IMG/VR virus record: IMGVR_UViG_3300025889_009691
Span: 1-64,000 of that record
DNA length: 64,000 nucleotides
Reading direction: 5' to 3' (one strand)
Origin: a virus
Shown here: positions 17,891 to 27,000 of the stretch, in pieces
Layout of the letters: each line of letters opens with the position of its first letter
Numbering within the stretch: the first letter of the stretch is position 1
Made by a program: the position numbers and the translations under genes
The notes under the pieces: generated by a model
Seen by the model: the letters and a program-made list of their open reading frames with translations, nothing else
Databases searched by the model: none
What the model was told of the DNA's origin: nothing

Positions 17891-19530
17891 TGGCGTGGAA
17901 CTCTAGTTCAAATAAATCACTTCAATCAGGGGTTACAGAAAAAGCGGCACAGATTGCTGTGGGCGCTCCTGTTGCGTACAGTCCAACCATTCAGAACAAT
18001 AATCGTGGCTATCACGATGGCTGGGATATTGTTAAGACTTATAAAGAAGCTGTTGCTAAGGTAACTTGGGTTTATCGCTCAATTGACGTTATTGCGTCTA
18101 ACCAAGCTAGTCTTCCCATGATTCTTCGTAAGGACAATAATCCTTTTGGGGAGATTGTAACCGATAACCCTATTCTGAAGATTTTCAACAACACGGCGAA
18201 CGTTGGTGAGAATGCTTGGGCATTTCGTTATAGAATGAGTTCGCAGTTGATGATGAGCACGAGAGGAGTGTTTGTTGAGGTTGTGCGATCTAGAGATGGT
18301 ACGCCTATTGCTATGCATTTGTTGCCGCCTCAGAATACTTCTCCAATTCCTGATGTAAAGAACTTTGTTAAGGGGTTTGAAGTTCAGATCAATGCTATGG
18401 AGAAGCGGATCATTAAGCCTAAAGATGTGATTTGGATTCGCAGACCTCATCCGCTTGATCCATATTTGTCAATGACTCCGATGGAGGCTTCTGGTATTGC
18501 GATTGAGCAAGAGACTTTGGCTAAGCTGTACAATAGAAACTTCTTGATTAATGATGGGCGCCCCGGTGGATTGCTTGTGTTGCGTAGTGAGATTTCTGAC
18601 GAAGATAAAGATGAGTTGCGGTCTCGTTTCCGTGGGAATATTGGTAGAGCTGGTGCGGTCGGTGTAATTTCTGCAGATGATGGCGCTGATTTCGTGGATA
18701 CTGCTGCTAGTCCTCGTGATGCTGCGTATCAGCAGATGCGAACAATTACGAAGGAAGAAATTTTAGCGGCATTTGGTGTACCAGAGTCGATTATTGGTAA
18801 CTCTGCTAATCGAACGTTTTCTAATGCGATGGAGGAGGGCAAAGTCTTCTGGATGGAGACTATGACTCCTCATTTGAATCTTATTGCTCGTTCGTTTGAC
18901 GCTATTGATGAGTCATACTTTGTAGACTTTGATACGTCTGATGTTCCGATTTTGATTCTGTCGAAGCAGGAGCGAGAGAAGCACTACTTGTCAGAGTTCC
19001 AGCAGGGGCTGATTAGTACTAATGAGTATAGAGAGGCGGCAGCCCGTAAGAAGGTTGAGTCTGAGCTTGCTGATTCACTGCTGGCTAATCCCAACCTTAC
19101 TCCTGTTGCTAATACTGAAAAGCCTATGCAGCCTGAAGGACAGCAGGATCAAGGCATGGGTGCTGATGCTGGTATGGCTGGCATGGGTGCTGATGCTGGT
19201 ATGGCTGGCATGGGTGGCATGGGCGGTATGGACCCAATGGCTGGTGGTGCTCCTGCTGCTCCCGCTCCTCCTGATGGTGGGTTTGTTGAAGCTGGTGTTC
19301 CTCTTCAGCAGCAAGCTACCGCCGCTCTACAGCAGCAGGTCACAGAGTTTAGCCCAGAACAAGGCGCTTTTGTTCCGATGGGTGACGTTCAAGGAACCCA
19401 GCAGATTGAAGCCCCCGCAAGTGCAGTTCCTAGCGAACTAGACGATGAGGAGGACGAGGAGGGCCAGGAGGGTGAGAAGAGTCTCCCTTTAGAACGAAGA
19501 CTGGCGCTGCTGGAGGACCTTCTCTCTTAA
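17890..19530 (+). CDS. portal protein (HK97 family)
   Basis: WVYRSIDVIA, HLLPP, NFLINDGRPGG, EILAAFGVPES, STNEYR; low-complexity C-terminal linker. Confidence 0.92.
   Translation: MAWNSSSNKSLQSGVTEKAAQIAVGAPVAYSPTIQNNNRGYHDGWDIVKTYKEAVAKVTWVYRSIDVIASNQASLPMILRKDNNPFGEIVTDNPILKIFNNTANVGENAWAFRYRMSSQLMMSTRGVFVEVVRSRDGTPIAMHLLPPQNTSPIPDVKNFVKGFEVQINAMEKRIIKPKDVIWIRRPHPLDPYLSMTPMEASGIAIEQETLAKLYNRNFLINDGRPGGLLVLRSEISDEDKDELRSRFRGNIGRAGAVGVISADDGADFVDTAASPRDAAYQQMRTITKEEILAAFGVPESIIGNSANRTFSNAMEEGKVFWMETMTPHLNLIARSFDAIDESYFVDFDTSDVPILILSKQEREKHYLSEFQQGLISTNEYREAAARKKVESELADSLLANPNLTPVANTEKPMQPEGQQDQGMGADAGMAGMGADAGMAGMGGMGGMDPMAGGAPAAPAPPDGGFVEAGVPLQQQATAALQQQVTEFSPEQGAFVPMGDVQGTQQIEAPASAVPSELDDEEDEEGQEGEKSLPLERRLALLEDLLS
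19153..19216 (+). repeat. 27-bp tandem repeat (GMGADAGMA) in the portal linker
   Basis: GGCATGGGTGCTGATGCTGGTATGGCT twice plus a partial third copy. Confidence 0.9.
19485..19491 (+). other. candidate -1 ribosomal frameshift heptamer C_CCT_TTA (portal to MuF-like domain)
   Basis: In-frame X_XXY_YYZ; the -1 frame is open 19476-20306; GGAGG lies 13 nt upstream. Confidence 0.7.
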
Positions 19531-20306
19531 ACGCTTCCGACTGGAAGACTAAAACTTTATACACAGTCAGCTCTTTAGAAGACAGACTAAACTCAGAACT
19601 TGATAAAGTTTTTGACGATCAAGAGCAGGCTGTTCTAGATGAGTTAGATAGCGATGCTGTACAAGCTGCAATTGCTAGTGGCTCTGTTGCTTTAATTCTG
19701 TCTGCAATTCCTGTGGCGTTACTTACACCGTCAACTGTTGCGTTGTTAGCTTCTATGGCAGCCACGTATCGTAAAGCGGTTGAAGACAATATTGAAGAAG
19801 GATATGGCGCTCCTGTCTCTGAGCAAGTGTCAGAAGCAGCGACATCTGAACATTTAGCAGCAGTCAATAATTTTAACACAACCACGCAAGAAGAAGTTGC
19901 GGCTGCTTTAGTTACTGCTGCACAATTGACTGATGAGAATGATGGCGACGTTGATATCGCTTTAAAGATTGCTTTAGCCTATTCTTTGATAAAAGCTATT
20001 TTCAATAAACTCCGAACAAAGCGTCGAAAGTTGATTGTTGACGCTGCTGTTTTGGGTCCGTACAATCAAGGCTTGTATGATTCTGCAGTTGCGGAAGAGC
20101 AAAGAACGGGTCAAATTGTACAAAAACAGTGGGTGTCTTTAATGGATGAGCGGGTTAGGTCTGCTCATAGGCAGTTACATGGTGAAAAAGTTGCTGTTGG
20201 TACGCCGTTTTTTGTGAATGGTGTATCTATTCGATTCCCGAAAGACCCTTTGGCTCCGCCCGGTTTGACGATCAATTGTCGTTGTATTCTGCGCTTCAGC
20301 AGGTAG
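19485..20306 (+). CDS. MuF/gp7-like head morphogenesis domain, probably made as a portal fusion
   Basis: KQWVSLMDERVRSAHRQLHG...PF...FPKDP...INCRC; no good independent start or SD. Confidence 0.85.
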   Translation, partial: PFRTKTGAAGGPSLLNASDWKTKTLYTVSSLEDRLNSELDKVFDDQEQAVLDELDSDAVQAAIASGSVALILSAIPVALLTPSTVALLASMAATYRKAVEDNIEEGYGAPVSEQVSEAATSEHLAAVNNFNTTTQEEVAAALVTAAQLTDENDGDVDIALKIALAYSLIKAIFNKLRTKRRKLIVDAAVLGPYNQGLYDSAVAEEQRTGQIVQKQWVSLMDERVRSAHRQLHGEKVAVGTPFFVNGVSIRFPKDPLAPPGLTINCRCILRFSR

Positions 20307-20397
20307 TTTATATATAAGTATTTATATATAGTAGCGGCTGGGCGCCCCCTTGGGTCTGTACAATATCACATAGGAGACTAGTCCTCAGAGGAGAGTT

Positions 20398-21960
20398 ATG
20401 ACTGTTGCAGAACTAAATGACACCGAGCACGACACCCAATTCAAGGCTATTTCAGGCCAGATTGGTATCGACAAGGCTCAAGGCATCGTTGAAGCGTTTG
20501 TGTCAGGTATTGGAAATAAAGATTCTGTTGGCGACATCGTTATCGCAGGTGCGTTTAACGGGTCTCTGAAGCGACGCAAACCACGGGTTGTTTGGGGCCA
20601 CGATTGGAATCAGCCAATTGGTAAAGTTCTAGAGATTTACGAAGTCCCTAAGACTGATCCACGCCTGCCTGAAAAGATGAAGCAGGCTGGAGTTGGTGGC
20701 TTGTTTGCTAAGGTTCAGTTCAACCTTAATACTGAACGTGGTCGTGAAGCGTTTGCAAATGTTGCATTTTACGGCAATGAGCAAGAGTGGTCAATTGGTT
20801 ACAAGACAATTACTGCAGATTTTGATGCAGTTAAGCAAGCTAACATTCTCAAAGAGGTAGAGTTGTACGAAATTTCTCCTGTTCTGCATGGAGCGAATCA
20901 GTTGACCGCAACGATTTCTGTTAAAGATGATGAAAAGGGCAAGGCATCCAAAGGCTATTACGTTGAGGATGAAGATAAAGACGGCCCTGCTAGTACTATG
21001 GATGCAATGTCAGAGCGTTTGGGGCGAATGCTGTCTCAGGCTTTGCGTAAGCCCGTTCAGATTATTGAAATGGATGGAAATAACGTTGTATTCCAAACAG
21101 GCGAAGACATGACATGGAGCGCCACGATTTCTGTTGAAAATGGTCAGGTTCAGGTTGGTCGGCCTACACGTGTAAAGCCCACAACAAGCTACACCCCGGT
21201 AGGGGAGGAGGCACCCCCTTCAATGATGATTAAAGATACTGACGAAAAGAATGCTGAAGAGCCTGCGGGCGTGAGAGATGCTGATGATGAGCAGGGTTCG
21301 TGGGCTACCCCGGATATTGCTCTTGCTTGGGCTAAGACCTTTGGTTGTTCTGGTTATCACTCACATGGCGGCGGTTACATGCCGTGTGAAACGCATGAAG
21401 AGTATTTAGAAGCACTTAAAAAGTTTGATGGTAACGCTAACATCAACTCGCATAACAACTACCTTGCTGGGGTTGAGGTTGAAGAAGCAAAGGCTGCAGG
21501 GTGTTCTTGTGGGACCGAAGAAAAGGGCCATATGATGCCTAGCAAGAAGCCTGAGTATCTTAAGGACCCCATGGCTCTGCTACTTATGGCTTACAATGAG
21601 ATGCTGAAGCTTCGTGGTGCCGGTGAGTTGCGTGAGGCCACGTTGACTTTGATCGGTGCGGTCGAAGACTTCTTGACTGAAGCCCCGATGTCTCGTCCTG
21701 GCGAGCAGGGCGAGAAGGTGACTTCAGGCTTTGTTGTCCATGTCAAGTGTTCAGAGAAAGAAGCACTGGCTGTTAACGGCGCTATGTCTGGCCTGCCTGT
21801 GTTCTCGTTTAAGTCAGAAGATGGCGTTGATGTCCACTTTACGACAGAACTTGCAGAAGAAGAACTGATGGAAAAAGTCGCTGTGTCGCTTGCGGGATTA
21901 GCGTTTGAGCCTGAGGTAACAGTAACAAGACCGATTGACACCACCGAGGGTGTTCAGTAA
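20398..21960 (+). CDS. prohead protease (HK97 family) with long C-terminal extension
   Basis: DSVGD...GAF, WGHDWNQPIG, WSIGY, LYEISPVLHGAN. Confidence 0.92.
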   Translation: MTVAELNDTEHDTQFKAISGQIGIDKAQGIVEAFVSGIGNKDSVGDIVIAGAFNGSLKRRKPRVVWGHDWNQPIGKVLEIYEVPKTDPRLPEKMKQAGVGGLFAKVQFNLNTERGREAFANVAFYGNEQEWSIGYKTITADFDAVKQANILKEVELYEISPVLHGANQLTATISVKDDEKGKASKGYYVEDEDKDGPASTMDAMSERLGRMLSQALRKPVQIIEMDGNNVVFQTGEDMTWSATISVENGQVQVGRPTRVKPTTSYTPVGEEAPPSMMIKDTDEKNAEEPAGVRDADDEQGSWATPDIALAWAKTFGCSGYHSHGGGYMPCETHEEYLEALKKFDGNANINSHNNYLAGVEVEEAKAAGCSCGTEEKGHMMPSKKPEYLKDPMALLLMAYNEMLKLRGAGELREATLTLIGAVEDFLTEAPMSRPGEQGEKVTSGFVVHVKCSEKEALAVNGAMSGLPVFSFKSEDGVDVHFTTELAEEELMEKVAVSLAGLAFEPEVTVTRPIDTTEGVQ

Positions 21961-21990
21961 GATATTCTCTATAAGGATACAGGAGTAAAA

Positions 21991-23817
21991 ATGAGTGATA
22001 ACCTTAATGAAGACCTTCAGAAGATGGAAGCTTTGAGCGAAGTCATCGATTCTGGGGAAAGCATGTCTGCCGCAGAGAAGGCTATGCATGATATGAAGAA
22101 AAACGCACCGTCTGTGTTTATGACTGACATTCGTTTCAAGGAGTCAATGGAAGTTGGCGATTTGCTTAGCGAAGAAGCTTTCATGTCTCTTGATGCTGAT
22201 GAGCAGAAGGGCTATGAGATGGTTCAGGTCATGGACGAGAAGAGCAAGGAGCCTATGGGCTGGGTGTTCCGTTTTAAGTCTGATGAAGATGATGAGGACG
22301 ATGCTGAAGACATTGTTGAAGAGGTCGTTGAAGATGCGGTTGAAGAATCCGTGGAAGAAAAGTCAGATGCTGATCCTATCTCAGAAAAGGCCGCTGCACT
22401 CATGTCGCAGATGCGTGCCCCTGATGATGAAAAGCCTTCAATGTTCCTTACCGATAGTCGTTTCAAGGAAATGATGGACGCTGGCGAGCTTGTTTCATCA
22501 GAAGACTATGACGTTTTAGACGAAGACGCTAAAGAAGCATTTGAGGCTGTTGATGTTTATGAAGAGGGCACCGGCAAGGGTTATGGTCGGCGCTATCGTC
22601 GTCGCAGCCCCCTTGAGTTGACAGCAATGCGTAAGGGTCAGGGTATGGATGAAAAGGCTGAAGACGGCATGGAAGACATGTTTGATTCGGAAGCTGAAGC
22701 TCTTGAGCGTGCGGCGGCGCTAGGTTGCCAGGGCGTTCATCGTGCAGGTGAAAAGTACATGCCTTGTGCAACCCACGATGATTGGATGAAGCTTAGCAAG
22801 CCTGCTGAGGCACCGGCTCCTACTCCGGCCCCTGCCCCCGCTCCGGCTGCGCCTGCTCCTGCTCCTGCTCCTGCTCCGGCTGCTGCCCCTGGTGGCATGA
22901 TGAAGTCAGAAGAAGAGTTCCTCTGTGGTTTCCAGCGCAAGTCAGTTGAGCAGCCTTGCGAGTTCTGCACAGGCGGCTGTGCTCCTGAAGATGGCCTTCC
23001 AGGGCTTGCTGACATTGAAAGTCAGGTCAAGTCAGCCTACGAGGGTTCTGAAATTATTGGCTCAGGCTACTCAGCCGGTGACGACGTATTCGTTGTCGAT
23101 GTCAAGCGGGCTGACGGTTCCTTTATTGAAGTGTTCCTGACCGGCGACGGCGAGGAGCTTGGTTGGCTGCGTTTGGATCAGAGCGCTATTGAAGGCAAGT
23201 CCGCTGAAGCTATTGAGATTGTTTCTAAGTCTGATGCTGAGGCTACGGCACGTGACGCTATTAGCGAGATGGGAATCAAGGCTGAGGTCATGAGCGTTAC
23301 TGTTGACATCTTCGCAGATGAAGATGTGTACGTGGTTGAGCTTGATGCTGAAGAGAAGAGCTACGACGTGTTCGTTGCTGCTGATGGCAAGGTGCTCGGC
23401 TATGATGAGTACGATTATGACGCTGAGGGTTCATATGAGCTTTCTGAAGAGGAAGAGATTAAGGCTATTGAGGCTGAACTTGAGATCAAGCGGATGTACT
23501 CTCGTGAGCAGCGTGAGGCGATGGCTGAGTCCGGTGAGGCTCTGCCTGATGGTTCGTTCCCGATTGCTGATGAGGCTGACCTAAGCAACGCTATCCAAGC
23601 GGTGGGTCGTGCGGCTGATCAAGAAGCTGCTAAGGCGCACATTATGAAGCGTGCTAAGGAACTGAAGTTGGAAGATATGATTCCGGCTGATTTTGCTAGC
23701 GGCGGCTCGCCTGCTCCTGCAGCCCCTGATGCTGATGCTGAAGAGAAGGTGCTAGACGAAGATATTCTTAAGGCGATGGAAGAGTTCAACAGCCTGTTGG
23801 AAGACGATTCTATCTGA
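21991..23817 (+). CDS. acidic multidomain head-module protein (internal repeat, Cys/His module, 2 PepSY-like domains, ALPDGSFPI domain)
   Basis: Motifs visible in the translation; own promoter TTGACA-17-TAAGAT and SD AGGAG. Confidence 0.7.
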   Translation: MSDNLNEDLQKMEALSEVIDSGESMSAAEKAMHDMKKNAPSVFMTDIRFKESMEVGDLLSEEAFMSLDADEQKGYEMVQVMDEKSKEPMGWVFRFKSDEDDEDDAEDIVEEVVEDAVEESVEEKSDADPISEKAAALMSQMRAPDDEKPSMFLTDSRFKEMMDAGELVSSEDYDVLDEDAKEAFEAVDVYEEGTGKGYGRRYRRRSPLELTAMRKGQGMDEKAEDGMEDMFDSEAEALERAAALGCQGVHRAGEKYMPCATHDDWMKLSKPAEAPAPTPAPAPAPAAPAPAPAPAPAAAPGGMMKSEEEFLCGFQRKSVEQPCEFCTGGCAPEDGLPGLADIESQVKSAYEGSEIIGSGYSAGDDVFVVDVKRADGSFIEVFLTGDGEELGWLRLDQSAIEGKSAEAIEIVSKSDAEATARDAISEMGIKAEVMSVTVDIFADEDVYVVELDAEEKSYDVFVAADGKVLGYDEYDYDAEGSYELSEEEEIKAIEAELEIKRMYSREQREAMAESGEALPDGSFPIADEADLSNAIQAVGRAADQEAAKAHIMKRAKELKLEDMIPADFASGGSPAPAAPDADAEEKVLDEDILKAMEEFNSLLEDDSI

Positions 23818-23838
23818 TATTCTAGGAGGCATAGTATC

Positions 23839-24018
23839 ATGCAGCCTAGCCAAGTAACGCAAAGGATTGCTGCTGCTAATCAAACTTTAGCAGAATTAGG
23901 AGCATATGCTGTTCTTGGCGACCACGTTAGAGATAACGAGGTAGAATACCTGTACAGAGATGGATTAGAGCATGTCTTTAGTCCCTTAGAAACCGCTGGG
24001 GATTCGGATGACGATTGA
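23839..24018 (+). CDS. small hypothetical protein (59 aa, not in ORF track; MQPSQVTQR...GDSDDD)
   Basis: SD AGGAGG before ATG 23839; overlaps the start of the giant ORF. Confidence 0.6.
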   Translation: MQPSQVTQRIAAANQTLAELGAYAVLGDHVRDNEVEYLYRDGLEHVFSPLETAGDSDDD

Positions 24019-27000
24019 GTTTAAAGCACCTGAGATTGGGCCAAACGCCGATGCTTTGACCAGCCTTACACGAGGGCGTGGTCCTCGTCGTGGCAATCTT
24101 GAGGACCTTCTCAAGTATTGGCGTCCGATTATGAAGAAGCCGGGTGGCTTCCGTCGTTGTGTTGTTATCCTTATGGATAAGCCGCAGTTTGGTGGTAAGC
24201 CTCAGCGTATTTGTGCTTGGCTTCACCACGAGTTGACTGGCAAGTGGCCCAACGAGGGCAAGGGTAAGCGTGGTAGAGGTAAGGGTAAGCGGAAGCGTCG
24301 TGGTCGTTCGGTGACTCGTCGTGTTCGGTCTGCGGGCAAGAAGTCTTTGACTGGTATTTCACCGTTAACTGAAGTTACTTCGTTGCGTATGACGATTCGT
24401 GAGTCTCGTGAGTTTGGTGGTATTCTTGTTCAGCCTATTGCTGGTCGTAAGAATGCTGTGGAGATGAAGGCTGCGATGTTCTTGCAGCATTCGGAGCGGC
24501 TGCCTTTGTTTGCTGGTAACGAGGTTAAGCGTGTTGGTGTGTTTGGTTCTTCTAGCCGTTTGGGTCAGGCTGCGCAGGCTGCGGGCAGTATTATTCTTCC
24601 GGGCGATTTGTCTGATATTCGTAGCCCTATCCGTTCTCAGATTTATGAAACGCTGACTCCTGGCGTTCCGAATATTCCTAATGCTCGTGGTGGTCGTATC
24701 CTGCGAAGCAGAGGTCGTGGTGCTCGTAATAAGTTCCGTTGTCCTCCAGGCTTTGAGAAGGGTGGTACGTTCACTAACTCCGAGTTTTCGACGTGTGGTG
24801 CCCAGATTTTGGGGATTGCTACTTCGGGTCCGGGTTCGCCCACCCCCGAGGCAAACAATAGACTTTCTCGTTTGGCGAACACTGCAGGTTTAGTTAATGA
24901 AATTGGTGATCTTCGCAACAACGACAGTGCTGTAGATATTATTCGTGCAGCTCAGATTCCGGCTGCCCCGAAGAAAGGTAGCCCGACCCGGGCAGAAACA
25001 TCTATTGATTTGGTGTTGACACGTTATGAGCAAGAAGATTTCCCAACTAAAGTTGTTCGCCGTGATGGTGTCATTTTAGAACCTGTTGTTTCAGTTGAAG
25101 CGCTTGGTAAACTTAACGAGTTTGATGACATGGCTGACGGTAGCCTTATTGAAAGATATGAGGCAGGTCAGATTGGTGCTTCTACTGTTCCTGCGTTTAG
25201 CACGAATTTGCGTAACGTGTTTGTTTCTATCCCTGATGCTGGCGCTGTTAAAATCAGTCGTGTTGGGGGAGAAATTTCTGATGCGGAACGGGCAGGGCTT
25301 CTTCGTTCGTTTGCTACTGGCATAAGCCGAAGCGCTGATTTGCCTGATCCTTCTGCTGCTGTTCGTGCGTGGGCTGACGGTTCTGATGGCCGGTTTACTG
25401 TTGAGTTTGGTGAAGTGACCGAGACCGGCTTTGCGATCGCTGAGGGCAAGAACGATTTGATTAAGGTCTCTACGGCTGGCGGCAAGACTGAAACAGTGCC
25501 TCGTTGGGTTTATGAAACGTTCTTGTCTCGTTCTGCGCCACGTCGTGCAAAAGATGCTCCGATTTATGAGATTGTTGCTGAGGAAGGTGCGGAAGAGAAG
25601 AGTGGTTCACCGTTTGCTTTCTCTCAGAAGTCAGCACCGGTTGCTACTGACTTTACTGATGTGCTTGATGCAAAGTACTATCACATGTCTGTCAATAGTA
25701 AGATTGAAGCGTTTACGTCTTTGACTGAGATTGATTTTAAGGCTCCTAGAGGTCGTGGTTTGGGTCGCCGGATCGGGCGTGGTGGTCGTGCTGTTGGTGG
25801 CCGTAGCCGTGCGGTGTTTGATGGTAACTTGGGTAGATATCGTTGTCCTCCTGGCACTCGTTATGGCGGTCGGTTCTCTAATCAGTTTGCTAGCAACTGT
25901 GGTTATTCTCTTCCACGTCAGATTGTTAATAACCTTGTTGATTTGGGTACTCGTCTTGAAGACGCTATGGAGAGGCGGCGTCGTCGCCGGTTGGACACGA
26001 GTCCGGGTGATGGTCGAAGCAATTTGAAGCCTGAGACGGCGGAGAAGCTTGATGATGCTATTCGTACTCTTGATGCTGCTACTGGTGATTTGGGTAGGGT
26101 GTTTGAGAAGACTGAGGGTGTTGAAGGCGGTAAGTTGGGTCGCACGCTTGGTGAGGCTCAGCGTGATGTTGATTTGACTCCTGAAGAGCGTCAGTTGCTT
26201 GAGGGTGAGGCTTTGGAGGCGGCGCTTAAGAATCTTCGTGATGTTATGAATGATCAGGATTTGGCTAACGCTAATTTGGATGAGATTCGTAAGGCGTATA
26301 AGGCTGTTGAGAAGGCTGCGAATACTGAGGCTGGTCGCTTGTCTGATAATCCTCCTCGTACTCCTGAGCAGCGGAGTCGGCAGGATGGTATTCTTGGTTT
26401 CTTGAGAGAGTTGATTTTGCGTTTCTTGGGTCTTTGGAATGAAGACTTTGAGCGTGAGCGTGCTGGTCGTCGTGATCGGGATGTTGTTCCGGGTGATGAG
26501 GGTGTGCCGGGTGGCCCTGGTGGTGGCGGTCCTCGTCGTCCTAGAGCGCCGGGTGTGCCGGGTGATGGTCCTGATAGTCGTGCTCCTGATGGTCGTACTC
26601 CTGATGGCCGCACTCCTGATCCTGATGATATTCCAGAGGCGCTTCAGCCCAAACCTGTTGGGGAGATGACTGATGGAGAGCTAGTTAGAGAATTCTTCAG
26701 ATTACGGCATGGTAGCCCGGGGCTTCTCATTCCGGGTCAGCGTGACGAAGAAATGGATAGACGTAGGCTTCGTGAAATCAACGCTGAGCTTCGCCGTAGA
26801 AATATTGACCCGTATAATCCTCAGACAATAACTTATACCCCTGCTGATGATGCTGACGATCCTGAAAAAATAATGGACGAGTTTGCACGAATTCTTCAAG
26901 AGTTCCGTGAGCGGGCTGAAGAATACAGAGTTTCTGGTGGCGGCAGAACCCTAGATTTTGTTGAGTCACTAGATGATGACGATTTAGATAAATACATCAA

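Noticed and set aside
19713-20306. GTG 19713 as the true start of the MuF-like gene
   Set aside because: No SD, and the frame is open with protein-like sequence for ~79 more codons upstream, to just before the slippery site.
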